Source of the DNA: Gordius albopunctatus
Lineage: Eukaryota
Assembly: GCA_964276515.1 (NCBI GenBank)
Contig: OZ193909.1
Span: 13,826,001-13,890,000 of the forward strand
DNA length: 64,000 nucleotides
Direction of reading: 5' to 3'
The position numbers and the translations under genes are program-made. The notes under the pieces were generated by a model. It searched no databases, had not been told where the DNA came from, and worked only from the letters and a program-made list of their open reading frames with translations. Positions 52,159-64,000 of the stretch are shown here, piece by piece (positions within the stretch are counted from its first letter, which is position 1; each line of letters begins with the position of its first letter).

Positions 52159-52830
52159 TAGGTATTTTATTTAGAAGCTAAAGCCATTGTAAGTAATCTA
52201 AGCATCAAGTAGCTGGGTATCGCTAAAAAGGTAAAGTTAAATGAGCATTTTTAGCAATGTGCCCAAACTATTTGGGCCACGCCCCCTTCTCCTGATGATA
52301 AAAATGTTTTACCGCACCCCTCTTTACAAATATTAATATAAATAAATAAACATATATTAAGCGACGAGTAAATTTAATTTATATGATAATGCACAAAATA
52401 AAAGAAGAACATACAATTATATTGTTACAAAAATAAAGAAAAAAACCATCGCTTAAATGAAATTGTTGATCCTAATAAATTAACAAAGTGTTTAAGTCAG
52501 ATATGAAATTAGTGGGCTTTAGCCTTAATTCGTTAATGAATATAATGCCAAATTCGTTTCTATAATTGGTTAATAGAAAATACAACTAAATCCCTTATTA
52601 ACAAGGTAAAAAGAAGGGAAGCTTTAAAAGGGGGTTTAACAGGTGAAATTATCAATCCAACCATGTATTTTGATAACAAAATGCGTAAAATCTTTTCAAT
52701 TCCAATGCAAGACATCCAGTTCTGTTACTGTATAAATAGCTTGGTGGCGTAGAATTTTTAATTATTCAATGTTGGGAAAAAGTCCGCTAAATACTCAGAA
52801 CTTCATCCCTCACTGCTTTTCTCCCCTATA

Positions 52831-53000
52831 GTGACCACTACCCTTACAACAATAGGTCCTAAAACCCAAGCCCTTCTGAAAGAATTGGGACGCCGTATAG
52901 CAGCCAATACCCTTGACAATAGGGAAACTTTTTTCATCAAACAGAAAATCGGAATCATTATTAATAAATTACAAATATACATCTGTTTCCTATTTATTTG
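52831..53000 (+). mobile_element. CRE-like retroelement 3' fragment
   Basis: IGPKTQALLKELGRRI...IKQKIGIII, similar to the C-termini at ~16860 and ~34370. Confidence 0.65.
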
Positions 53001-53440
53001 TAATAATTTATGAATTTGTAGATGATTTCTACTTTGTTAATAAATAACCCAAAGATCACCTGGTATCGTTAAACATTAGTTTATATAGCATTGTATCGAG
53101 GTTAATATGAATAACATTATTAAATCGCCGTAAGATATTCAAATTAGAATGAGTTTGAATAGAGTAAGAAGAAGTGTGAATAGAGTGATCTCCAAATCAT
53201 AAAAATACCAATATTCTAATTAGGTAATACCATAGATTTATCTTGAACCTTAAATTAGACGCAAAACAATTCAGATCTTACTTTAAAGTAGTCCTTATAT
53301 ATATTGAATTTACACCTTAAAATTTAGGAATTTATTGCCAAGTTTCGCTGAAAGTGAAAGTTATTATTTTTTGGATATATTGTTATACTCTTTTTGTTAT
53401 GTAATTAACTGTGATTGAATTCATTGTATATTATTCAATT

Positions 53441-54733
53441 CAGGGGCGTAGCCAGGATTTTCTCAAGGGGGTATAAAATTTCCAATTTTTTAAAACATTT
53501 TTATTTCAATAATAGAAATAAATAAATAGAAAAGTGGTGTATGAAAATAGTCGCTATAAAACAATTTTTAATTTTCTTTTGCGAAAAGATAAGACATTAA
53601 AAGCGCCAAACCATTTAATCTATTGTTTGACATGGTATTTCTTAAGTAGATCTTGAGTCTTCTCAAAGTTGAGAAACTTCTCTCATTTGTGCATGTAGTA
53701 ATTGGGAGGCAAGCTAATAGATAAAACAAAGTTCTAAGGTTCGTTAAGCATTCTAATTTGGTTTTATGATTTAGCAAAGCATCCAAAGAATTCTTGGGAC
53801 GCAATTCTTCTGGTATCTGAGACAACGACATATACCAGATATCAAATTCTGTTTTAACGACAACATTTGTACCATTCAAGTCATTAAAGTAAAAATCCAC
53901 TAAGTGATTTATTTTTATCTGAGCTCTAGGCGAAACTTTTGAATCTTGAGGAAACAAAACTTGAAAATTTGCAATAATTCCCTTCTTGTCTAAAAATCTT
54001 TCATTGATTTGAACAATAAAAGAATCAAGTAATGGGATAAAAATTGCGATTTTATAATAGTCGTTAACAGAGTCTGTTGGAATATTACTTCGGAACGTTT
54101 GTTTTCTAGCCCATCTGGGTTTTACAAGATCAAACTGGTATAAGTTTGCCTTAGCTTCGGCCATTAAAAAAATTTGATGAAATTCTTGATCAACATTAGT
54201 TCTCAACAATTTTATCTGATCAACAATGTTTTGGGCCAACTCGGTGACCAGCTGTAGGTCTAAACTTTTTTTTTTGCAATTGCCTGCAAATAATTGATAT
54301 ATAACTGAAAAGTTTATGAAGACATAATAGCGATATTATGTAGTCCGATTGCCGCAAAGAAGACAGCAAAGTTGCCGCTTCTGTTGCGGCATCGCAATCA
54401 TACCAGGTAGAAATTTTTTCTAAAGCAGGTTAAATCACATCTTGAAGTTTTATTTGCGTTGCAACAGCTTCGTGCTGTGATGACCAATGGGTCACACACC
54501 CTTGCTTTAATTTTTCCATTACCGGTTTATTGTCCATTTTTGACAAGACTTCTAATAAAACATCTTGCCGTTTGGAGTATTTAAACATATCATAAACTTT
54601 ATAAACAATACCTATTTAAAAAAATTATCACAATATTATGTTATCTTTAATTTATACCCATGAAATTTCTTATGGTAGGGAGGGTCGATGTATCTGAAAG
54701 GGCCAAGTTTAATGAATGGGAGGCACAGTGGTG
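53441..54733 (-). mobile_element. hAT transposase (ZMYM/P52rIPK-like group), 5'-truncated and disabled, with 3' TIR
   Basis: HCASHSLNL, THWS, PITTCTNERSFSTLRRLK..RLNGLALL; 46-nt intron 54612-54657; terminal caggggcgtagccagg at 53441. Confidence 0.9.
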
Positions 54734-54882
54734 GCAATCATTTGTACATTATTCTACGGTTTAGAAGAATAAAATAATCCCTATAGCCTTTGATGCGAGA
54801 TACGTCCAGCGGAGCTCAATGATCTTAAAGGTGACATGCAGAATGAGGGGGAACATAGGAGATGAACCATCCGTGTCCGTGA

Positions 54883-55437
54883 GTACATCTTTGCAGTCAA
54901 CGAGGTGAAAGCAAGTCATCAATAAAGACGTACGTGGACCTGGTGATCACCCTCTTTGGTAAGTTGCACACGACTTGCTTAGGACATCGTGGTTAGGTCC
55001 TCCAGGTGCGATTATACGTCTTTGTAGTCAACGAGGTGAAAGCAAGTCATCAATAAAGACGTACGTGGACCTGGTGATCACCCTCTTTGGTAAGTTGCAC
55101 ACGACTTGCTTAGGACATCGTGGTTAGGTCCTCCAGGTGCGATTGTACGTCTTTGTAGTCATCGCTGTAAAAGCAAGTCATCAATAAAGACGTACGTGGA
55201 CCTGGTGATCACCCTCTTTGGTAAGTTGCACTCGACTGACTGAGAAACGAAGGGGCAGAAAGAGGCTCCCTTAGGACATCGTGGTTAGGTCCTCCAGGTC
55301 CGATTGTACGTCTTTGTAGTCATCGCTGTAAAACAAGTTATCAATAAAGACGTATGTGGACCTGGTGATCACCCTCTTTGGTAAGTTGCACTCGACTGAC
55401 TGATAAACGAAGAGGCAGAAAGAGGTTTCCTTAAGGA
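54883..55437. repeat. GC-richer tandem array of about 4 self-complementary units (131, 131, 161 bp, then partial)
   Basis: Unit starts at 54896, 55027, 55158 and 55319. Confidence 0.95.
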
Positions 55438-55718
55438 AAATGTTTTAGTTAAAATATCTAAATATATATGTATAAATTCTAATTTTTATCCCGTTTATTT
55501 AAGATAGTCGTCTCTAAAACAAATACTATAACACTTTTTATTATCTCACTTTCTCTTTTGTTGCCTATTGCTGCTTTATATTATTTTAGTTGACTTGTTG
55601 TGATTGTTCGAAAGTAGTATAAAATGTGTTTGATACCAAAATATGACCGAAACTTGAGTGTTATATTTTCAAGTCACGCGCCAAAATAATTTGAGATATA
55701 ATTTACTATAGTGATTTT

Positions 55719-55814
55719 AATTAGTAGCTATTTAATTCACTTATTAAATTTTATAAGTTAGAAGAAAATTAGTAGCTATTTAATTCACTTATTGAATTTT
55801 ATAAGTTAGAAGAA
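55719..55814. repeat. 48-bp tandem duplication
   Basis: aattagtagctatttaattcacttatt(a/g)aattttataagttagaagaa occurs twice. Confidence 0.85.
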
Positions 55815-58800
55815 AAGGATGACTAATTTAAACATTTATTTCCTTTAATAGCAAAATTATTTTAAAAAAAATTACATTATAAAAAAATTGTTTGCAGAAC
55901 CATTGATCGTTTTGTATATAAGGTTTATATTTATTGTACTTATCTTTGATTTTCAAATATACAAATATTTTGCATTTAAAATGTCTATTTGCTTCATTTT
56001 TGTATAAAATGACCATATTTACCTAATACTTAAAAAAATCCTAGCAATACCTCGCTAGTTGTTACAAAATCGGGCTGACTTCCTATAGCAGTTTTCAAGT
56101 CATCTTTAATTTCTCTACAGGATATGCCATGTACTGGTGATAAACACTCAAATTTTGAGCCTTAAATCGATGACACTCGCTAATATGGCTATCTTTTTAT
56201 TGAATGCCATATATCTTCAATTATCTGTTTGGCCATTTTAACAGCATGATCTTATATACCTGGTTGATAATGTACCGGTAATACCAAGTTAATTGTGGGA
56301 TTTGCCCTCCGGATATTATATTAGTTGCACTGTAAAAGGGGAAAAGTATCAATTTAACCTTTTCAATTCGTTCCCATTCAATGTTGGATAGTAATTCCTC
56401 CTAAGAGAAATTTAAAGGCCAAATCCAATGCCTGCCTTATTAAAATAGCCTTTTCTCTTATTATATAGGTGCTGTTCGACCTTACTACCATGTCAAGTTT
56501 TTCCTTTATGTAATTAATTGGTGGGTCAAATTCTTAACATATAGCCTTTAATCGTGAAATATTTTTGGGCGGTCTTGCAATTTTTATCAAAGTCCATAAT
56601 TAAATTGTGATCCTCGTTCTTCATAACTTATGAAAGTTTGAAAAAATTTATATTAAACTTTTTCAAATTTTAGTAGGAAATATAACTCAAATGCGGTAAG
56701 ATAAAAATAGCTAAATATTTGAGCCTCGTCTATTTAAATTAAACTTGAAAAAATAAAATTCGATTTTTCAAGGATTCGATTCGGATTTTCGAATCTTAGC
56801 AGCGTAAATATTCGAATCGAATCTCGAATATTTCCCAGAGGCGTAATATAAACTACGAGCATGACTTGAGCCAAAAAATAAACTGATCGTACCTAAACCT
56901 ATCCTAAAAAATGAAATTATAAACCACAGATATTCACAATTTTTATCCCTCCCTAAATTATAAAAGATTTCTTGAACAATACAATCATTTTAAATCAAAG
57001 AAAAAATCTAGGTAAAATTTTAAATAAAGAAAATGTGAGCTGAATATTTTAAACGTGGTAGCAACGCTTCGAAAGATCTAAATAAATATTAATTTGTACA
57101 ATAAGCTTTTACAGCATACATGATGAATCCTATGTTTTTAAAATCCTACATTACACGAAAAAGTCCTTTAAGATAGCAAAATATTATTCTCGCGCGCTTT
57201 CATAACTAATTAACAATTCAATTCGAAAAGATATAATTTAGTTTTAATTAAAAATAACAATCCATTTAAGTAAGTAAATTTACTGGGTAATTTTTAATGG
57301 TATCTAATATGCAACTCAGGGTGACTAAATAGGTCCAAAAATCAATGGCTTAATCTTTTTATTCACATCTCGGTACTTGGTATATTTCTGTATCCATGGC
57401 AGGAAAAAAATTATGAGAGGTGACTGGTTTATAAAAACCTTTAAGTAAGATTTCTAATTGTTTACTAAAAGATGTTAAGGTTTGATATAATAGTTACTTG
57501 GGCATGAAGAGATTTGATAAAGTCCCATTCCACGTCGTAATTCATAGCATATAGGTAATCGGCAAATTCTTTCATATAATAATCACCAAATTCATGTGTG
57601 ATAAAGTTTGATTATTAATAGTGAATAGCGCAATCATAATAAGCTAGAATATTGTAAATACTAGTGTTTGATATTTGTCATTCATGGTGAATTTTTTTAA
57701 TGATTATGGGCAAAAAATTTGTTCCTAAATTTCGTAATATATAAAAACATTAAAATGACAATGAAAGTAAATGCAAATAAATATATGATATTATTTAAAT
57801 TAATTGAATGTATAAAGGAAAGTTGAATTTATTGATGATTGATAAAGGCCCTCATTACATTGCAAATTGTTTAGTCAATTTATAGTTTTTTTGCAGCTTG
57901 CAAAAATTAGCCCGAACAATTCTAATTTTGTGTCAAATTAATAGGTCATTAAAACGCAAGATAAAAGCAAACTAAAAAACTTTGTAACGATTGTTTTTAA
58001 AACTAATATATAAATCAGCCCCACGATTTTTTTTGACAAGAATGTGTAATAAGTTTATTCATAATTATAGCTTTATTCATAATTTTATTGATACATGTTT
58101 TTTTAATTTCCCCTACCCTTCCAGATCTTGAATAAATTATTTCGAAACTTCTTTTAAACATCTGCGTAAGTTTTAGTTTCAAAAATATTGATAAAATTTA
58201 AACATAAACAACCTCCATTAAGGTGCTCCATTTTTGAAAACTACTTTGTGCATCTTTTTAATTTATAATTTTAGGCCTTCGCAAAGGACCCTGAAACAGC
58301 AAAACAATAGACTCTAGTCCCATCTCCCATCCAACATTTATATTGGGATTCCGTACTCAGGAAAGTTTGTTGCGAGTGAAATTTAGCTAATCAAAAATAT
58401 AACAGACCCAGCCTATTAAAACACATCGTAGTTGGAAAGTTCAATTTCATATCTCCGGCCGATATTTGTGATGTTCCCGAATTATAAATGTGATTCTTCT
58501 TTGCATTAGATGTTTTAATTTTATCGTATAAAATGCCATTAACCCCTTAAAAAGCTGGAAGGCAGAAACTTAAGCAATTTTAGATTAAAGGCTTAATAAG
58601 TTTTTTAAAAATTAACAAAAATAAAACAATAGGAACATTTGGGCTAAAAATATTTTAAACTGTCATTTTAACATCCGGATTAAATCCAAAAGTCCGAACT
58701 CAGTTTATTTATTTAGGTTACACTAACACTTAATAGTATTTAAATTGATATAAACGAACAAGTAAAACCAAAAAAATTGACTTGTAAAATTTCTAATTTG

Positions 58801-59803
58801 AGAGAATAATTATAAATGGCTGTTGGATAAGAAAAAAAATTGATGCCAAATTTTTTATAATTGTTTGAGGATCCTTGGAAATGACTAATACTAAAATGGC
58901 CTTCCTACCGCGATTTTATTTAGATTTTGCATCTAGTTCTAAGGTAAGAATCTTTTAAAAACAATGGAAGCAATATTTGTGGAAGATCCGGAGGCGAATA
59001 GGATAATGTATATAAAAAGTTTCTTAGTATAGTTAATTTATCTAACTTCTGATCATTCTCTTCGAGAAATCCAATATTTTTCCTCATACGATAATATATC
59101 GAATTGTCAACATTGTCAGTGCAAGATAGGACTCATAATTTGTAAGGATTAGAGGATTATAGGTCACCTAGTTAAATATTGTTCACAATTAAATTAAAAA
59201 TTTGATAGATCATTCATAATAATCATAAAAATGAGTTAATAGATAAAAATGTCAAAAATTTAGAAATTCTATTAACTTTTTCGGACTTGTGGCAACTTAA
59301 TTGAAACTTTAATGTACTGTCTGATTCTTCGCTATTAGACTTGGGATCCCATATTTTATCTGGTTCAAATTGGGTGATATCACTAGATAAAACAAACTAA
59401 CATTAAAGTACATCACGAAACAATTTCAGGATATATCATGGATGGCATTAAAACATATATAACATTGAGATTGACTATCTTATCCAATAATTTCCTGAAT
59501 ATTTCTTTATGGCAACGATTTAAGTAATTCGCTAAATTCAAGTTCTATGTTTGGATTTAGCATGATCGAATCTATTTCCATCTTCGGCAATAAATTATTT
59601 ACAACATATTTCATTACAATTAATCCCATGTCATTCACAAAGGGCATCGAACTTTTCAAATTTAAATTAACCCCTTCAAGTAAGAAGCTATTTGAACAAA
59701 AAAAATTAAAATAGCACACCGTAGTATATAAAAAAATTATGAATCAATAATATATTAAAGAAGCTTGAGAAATGTCGTAAATTAAGGACGCTTTTTATAA
59801 CAC

Positions 59804-61718
59804 CAGGCAAAGCTATGAATAGGGAACTATGGTGGTGGGATCAATCGGTTAAAGATTGCATCGAAATAAAGAAAAATCTATATAGACGGTGGCATAAATC
59901 AAAAAAGTCGGAGGATTATCAAGAGTACAGGGACGCAAAGAGGGCCGCAAAAAAGGCCGTTGCAAAAGCGAAGAATTCTGCGTACACCGAGATGGCAAAC
60001 AAACTGGATCATAAAGGGGGCGATAGGCTTATGTACAAATTGGTCAAGATAAGGGAGAAGAAAAGTCGAGATGTCGGAGTTCTTAAAATAGTCAAAAGCG
60101 AGAAGGGTCAAACCTTATTCAAGCCGAAGGAAGTGATGGAAAGGTGGAAAGGATATTTTAAGAAACTTATGAATATTGCAAATGACAAGGATTCCCTTCC
60201 CGAAATTGAGCCAAATATAAGTATGGTCGAACTCTTTCAGAAGGATGAAGTTAGGACACAAATGAACAAGATGCAAAAAGGAAAAGCAAATGGCCCAGAT
60301 GAAATACCTATGGAAGCATTGCTCGGATGTCGTGAAGAAGGAGTCACCACCATGACGAACCTCCTTAACAAGATATTGGTAGAAGAGCGAATCCCTAATC
60401 AATGGAGAGCAAGCACGATTATACCCTTATTCAAAGGGAAAGGAGACCCTCAGGACTGCGGCAATTACAGAGGTATCAAGCTAACTTGCCACTCCTTGAA
60501 GCTTTTGGAAAGGATCTTAGTAACAAGGCTGAAAAACGAGATGGAAATATCGGCTAATCAATTCGGATTCGTGGCCGGAAAATCCACAATCGACCCAATC
60601 TTCGCCCTAAGACAAATGATGGATAAGTATGGTGAAAAGAGGAAAGACCTACATATGGTTTTTATCGACTTGGAGAAAGCTTATGACACGGTCCCCCGCG
60701 ATTTAATATGGTGGTGCCTGAGGAAAAAAAATATCCCTGACGCATATATACGGCTTATGAAAAATATCTATGAAGCCTCAAACTCTTGCGTTAGGACGAC
60801 AGTTGGAGACTCTAAACCTTTTCGGGTTAATATTGGATTACATCAAGGCTCTGCTTTAAGTCCCTTTTTATTTAATATAATTATAGACACGATAACGAGG
60901 GACTTTCAAAAGCCATCGCCATGGTGTATGCTATATGCCGATGATATAGTACTATGCGAGGAAACAAGGGAGAAGGTATTCGAAGAAGCAGAAAAGTGGT
61001 CAAAGCGCTTAGCTGGATATGGTTTAAAGGTCAACGATCGAAAAACGGTATACATGGAAATGAACGGTACAAGCACCCCATCGCTGGATGACCACCTAAA
61101 GTACCCAAAAGTAGACAGGTGTAATTACCTCGGCTATATGCTACATCAAGAGGGAGGTTGCGCAACTGAAATCAATGCCCGGATTCAAAAAGGATGGCTT
61201 AAATGGCGAAGTATATCTAGTGTAATGTGCGACAAGAAAATGCCAATATGGTTGAAGAGCAAAGCTTACAAATCCATCGTAAGACCGGTTTTACTCTATG
61301 GAAGTGAAACATGGGCATTAAACACCACGGAAGGAAAGCTATTACAAGCCACGGAGATGAGAATGATACGGTGGAGCTTGGGGTATACTAAGCTCGACCA
61401 TATGACGAATGACTTTCTCATGACAAAAATGGGTATTCAACCTATGGCGGACATGATTAACGAAAATCGGCTAAGGTGGTATTGGCATATACTAAGAAGG
61501 GACCCGGATGACGTAAATCGAAAAGTGCTAGACATGAAAATACCGGGGAAGAGAGGAAGAGGACGACCCCGTGTCACGTGGAAAAGGCAAGTCGATAAAG
61601 TTATGGAAACTAAAGAGATTAGTCAAGACATGGCACTAACCCGGTCAAGATGGAAGATACTCATCAAAACAAACCCCACCAATGTGGGACCAAATAACTG
61701 ATAAAGAAGAAGAAGAAG
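59804..61718 (+). mobile_element. 5'-truncated RTE LINE with an uninterrupted 628-aa RT ORF (59815-61701)
   Basis: FIDLEKAYD, LHQGSALSP, YADD and YGSETW motifs; (GAA)n tail; possible TAACAC TSD. Confidence 0.95.
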
Positions 61719-62657
61719 GTAACACATTTTAATATTGAGATATAATTTTCTGTCAAGATAGTTTTTATTTCGAGATTTACTTATTTAATATCACAAGTTC
61801 TATGAAGAAACGACGAGGAAAAGTTTATATAGAATAAATCATTATTTTAAAAATAAATAATTAGACGGCGTCACACTCATTACATGGTTCCGTGGACTGA
61901 AATGTGACTTGGACATCTGAATAAGTTAAAACTCTGTAGTATTTTTTACAGATCCAGGAGCGAATATTATAAAACTGTTTCAAAATCCAGCAACTTAATT
62001 TATCGGTACACCTCATTAATATGCTCATTATAATGGCATTTCAAAAGCAAATTTTTTAAATTATTTAAATGGGTCTAACGCTCAGGCAAGTCCCTAAGTT
62101 TTCAAACAAGTAAGGCCAGCCTAAAATAAAAAAACTGATACGGTTGATCTGACCTTGTAAAAACGGGTTACAAATTCGTAATTTGTATTTCACAGAATTT
62201 TATATTATTGGAAATAAAAGTTGGCATGTTGTCGCCCCCTTGTAATTTACCCCCAAAGACTCATAATATACATTTAAGTTAAGCTGAAAGCTTTACATTA
62301 AATCACTTTTCCATCTAAGAGTAATAATTCGGCTTATTTATAGGAGTGCTCTAAGGTGCTAATCCTATTAAGCCTAAATTCAGGCTTCTCTTTGACATGA
62401 TAATATGCTATTTTCAGCTCGCAAATTGGCTAATTGGCGTATGATATATAAAATTGAATTTAGAATTAAGTTTGAATTACTGTAAGTGGCGTTAATTATT
62501 TAATTAGATTTAAGTTCGGGGTTGGAGTTAAAGATTTTTCTAATTGCATGGTAGGACTTAGTAATTTATGTGTTTGCATAGAAAGCCATAAAGTAGGATC
62601 AACATCCAGAATAAACAGCACGTCCTAAATTGACGAAAATAATTTTTTTTAGCTCTT

Positions 62658-63113
62658 ATGACAACTACAAATCCTAAAGGATTAGGATATTATCCTTCTG
62701 CTTATGAGCCTAAGATTCACGGACCTTATTATCCTTGGCGTTATTACGGAAAACGTAATTTAAATATTGTGAACATAAATATTTAATATAGCTGATACTC
62801 GTTTTCGGGATCTAAAATTAAATGAAATTTGGGGATGGTTAGGAAGGCGATCATATACACCTGGTGCCATGTATAATGCTGTCAGCAGAGGTAATAACTT
62901 TTATGTATTTATCATATTCTTTATAGCCATGTGGAGATATAATTATAAGTGGGTTGATACCAAAGTTGGAATAAGTGCACCATTATTTCATTTGGCATTT
63001 AGCGCTATGCTATTTTCCTATATAATATTCTTTCCTAGATTCCGTAATATATATGTTTATTATTCTATAATTAATCATTTTTAGATTATGAAAGAAAAAG
63101 AAAGTACCATTAG
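62658..63113 (+). CDS. ATP5MF: Mitochondrial ATP synthase subunit f, 4 exons
   Basis: Exons 62658-62754, 62792-62890, 62927-63043, 63085-63113 give MTTTNPKGLGYYPSAYEPKIHGPYYPWRYYGKPDTRFRDLKLNEIWGWLGRR...RKRKYH, matching the invertebrate subunit f pattern. Confidence 0.92.
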
Positions 63114-63779
63114 TTTGAAGTCACATAGATTGACTTGTGTGAATTGGCTTCATTACTTTCTTTTAATTTGGCTGTTTTTTAATTATATTTAATACATTTA
63201 CTCTGCTTTGAACTATTATAATATTTTTTTCTTACATATTGGTATTTTTGGTAATCAAAATACAAATAATTGTATAATTCATCTTTACTATACATATCAA
63301 TTAATTATTTATCAAATTTTTATAAGATTGGTGAGTGAATATTAGTCAGTTATAAGCAATATATTTCTAAAAGCGTACAGAGATAGAACAGTTTTAATCC
63401 ACATGAGTAAATCCTAAGTTTAATTCATACTCACATATAATAGATTGGTTCAAAAATAACTTTTTCAATTTTTTATAAAGGACATATTCATTAAGCCTCA
63501 CACCAATATTGGCAAACATTGTTAATGGTCTTATTGTTTTTGCTACTATGGTAATGTATTTTCTAATTTACTTAAAAAGAATAAAAAATCTCATAGAAAA
63601 AAAATTTTAATCATTTTTTAGTAAATTAAATTACATGATTTGGCAAAAGCTTAATAAAATTCAGATGCCTTAGTTCCTCAAGTAGTTCCAAATTTTTTAT
63701 TAATGCTTTTAGTTAACAAAATTCACATAAATGGAGAGAGGGAGAGAGATATGTGTTATTCATAGACTAATAAAAAGGT

Positions 63780-64000
63780 GCCCTATCAACTCGCCGAAAA
63801 CTATCTTGCCCAATTCACCCTGAGACATTAAGTGTGAAAAGTATACAAGGGTCACCGCCTCACTCACAACGAAGGCGGTTAAGGAACCTAGTTGTCGAAC
63901 GGACAAGAGTGGCTAGCTGGAATGTGGGCACGCTGACGGGGAAGAGCATCGAGGTTGCGCAGATGCTAAAAAGGCGAAGGATACACATAGCGTGTCTACA
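63780..64000 (+). mobile_element. 5' part of an RTE LINE (endonuclease N-terminus), running off the window
   Basis: QGSPP...RVASWNVGTLTGKSIEVAQMLKRRRIHIACL. Confidence 0.85.

Noticed and set aside
54883..55437. U1 snRNA, spliced-leader RNA, 5S rRNA, pistol or hairpin ribozyme identity
   Set aside because: Only short word matches (ACTTACC, GATCAC, TTGCACTC, CGTGGTTAGG); the spacing, Sm site and required stems are absent.

Overview
AT-rich, repeat-dense genomic DNA from an invertebrate animal with very short spliceosomal introns (many 35-50 nt); the species cannot be determined from the sequence. Host genes are a frameshifted rhodopsin-class GPCR (6267-7518, -), an inorganic pyrophosphatase of about 11 exons (~24405-26671, -), a 14-exon receptor guanylyl cyclase (43355-50549, -) and a 4-exon ATP synthase subunit f (62658-63113, +). 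Most of the rest is nested transposons: RTE LINEs, CRE-like retroelements, two Gypsy elements, hAT elements and MITEs, a mariner fragment, piggyBac- and pogo-type MITEs, and solo LTRs. The most notable signals are: (1) a complete HDV-like ribozyme fold at the 5' end of a TSD-bounded RTE whose empty site survives as an inverted duplicate in the window; (2) a diverged, splice-compatible duplicate of the cyclase's first exon, suggesting a variable-first-exon receptor; (3) a strongly self-complementary 131/161-bp tandem array of unknown function; (4) a minimal hammerhead ribozyme inside a Penelope-like repeat; (5) micro-introns in both host and transposase genes. All annotation was done by eye, with no searches or folding run.
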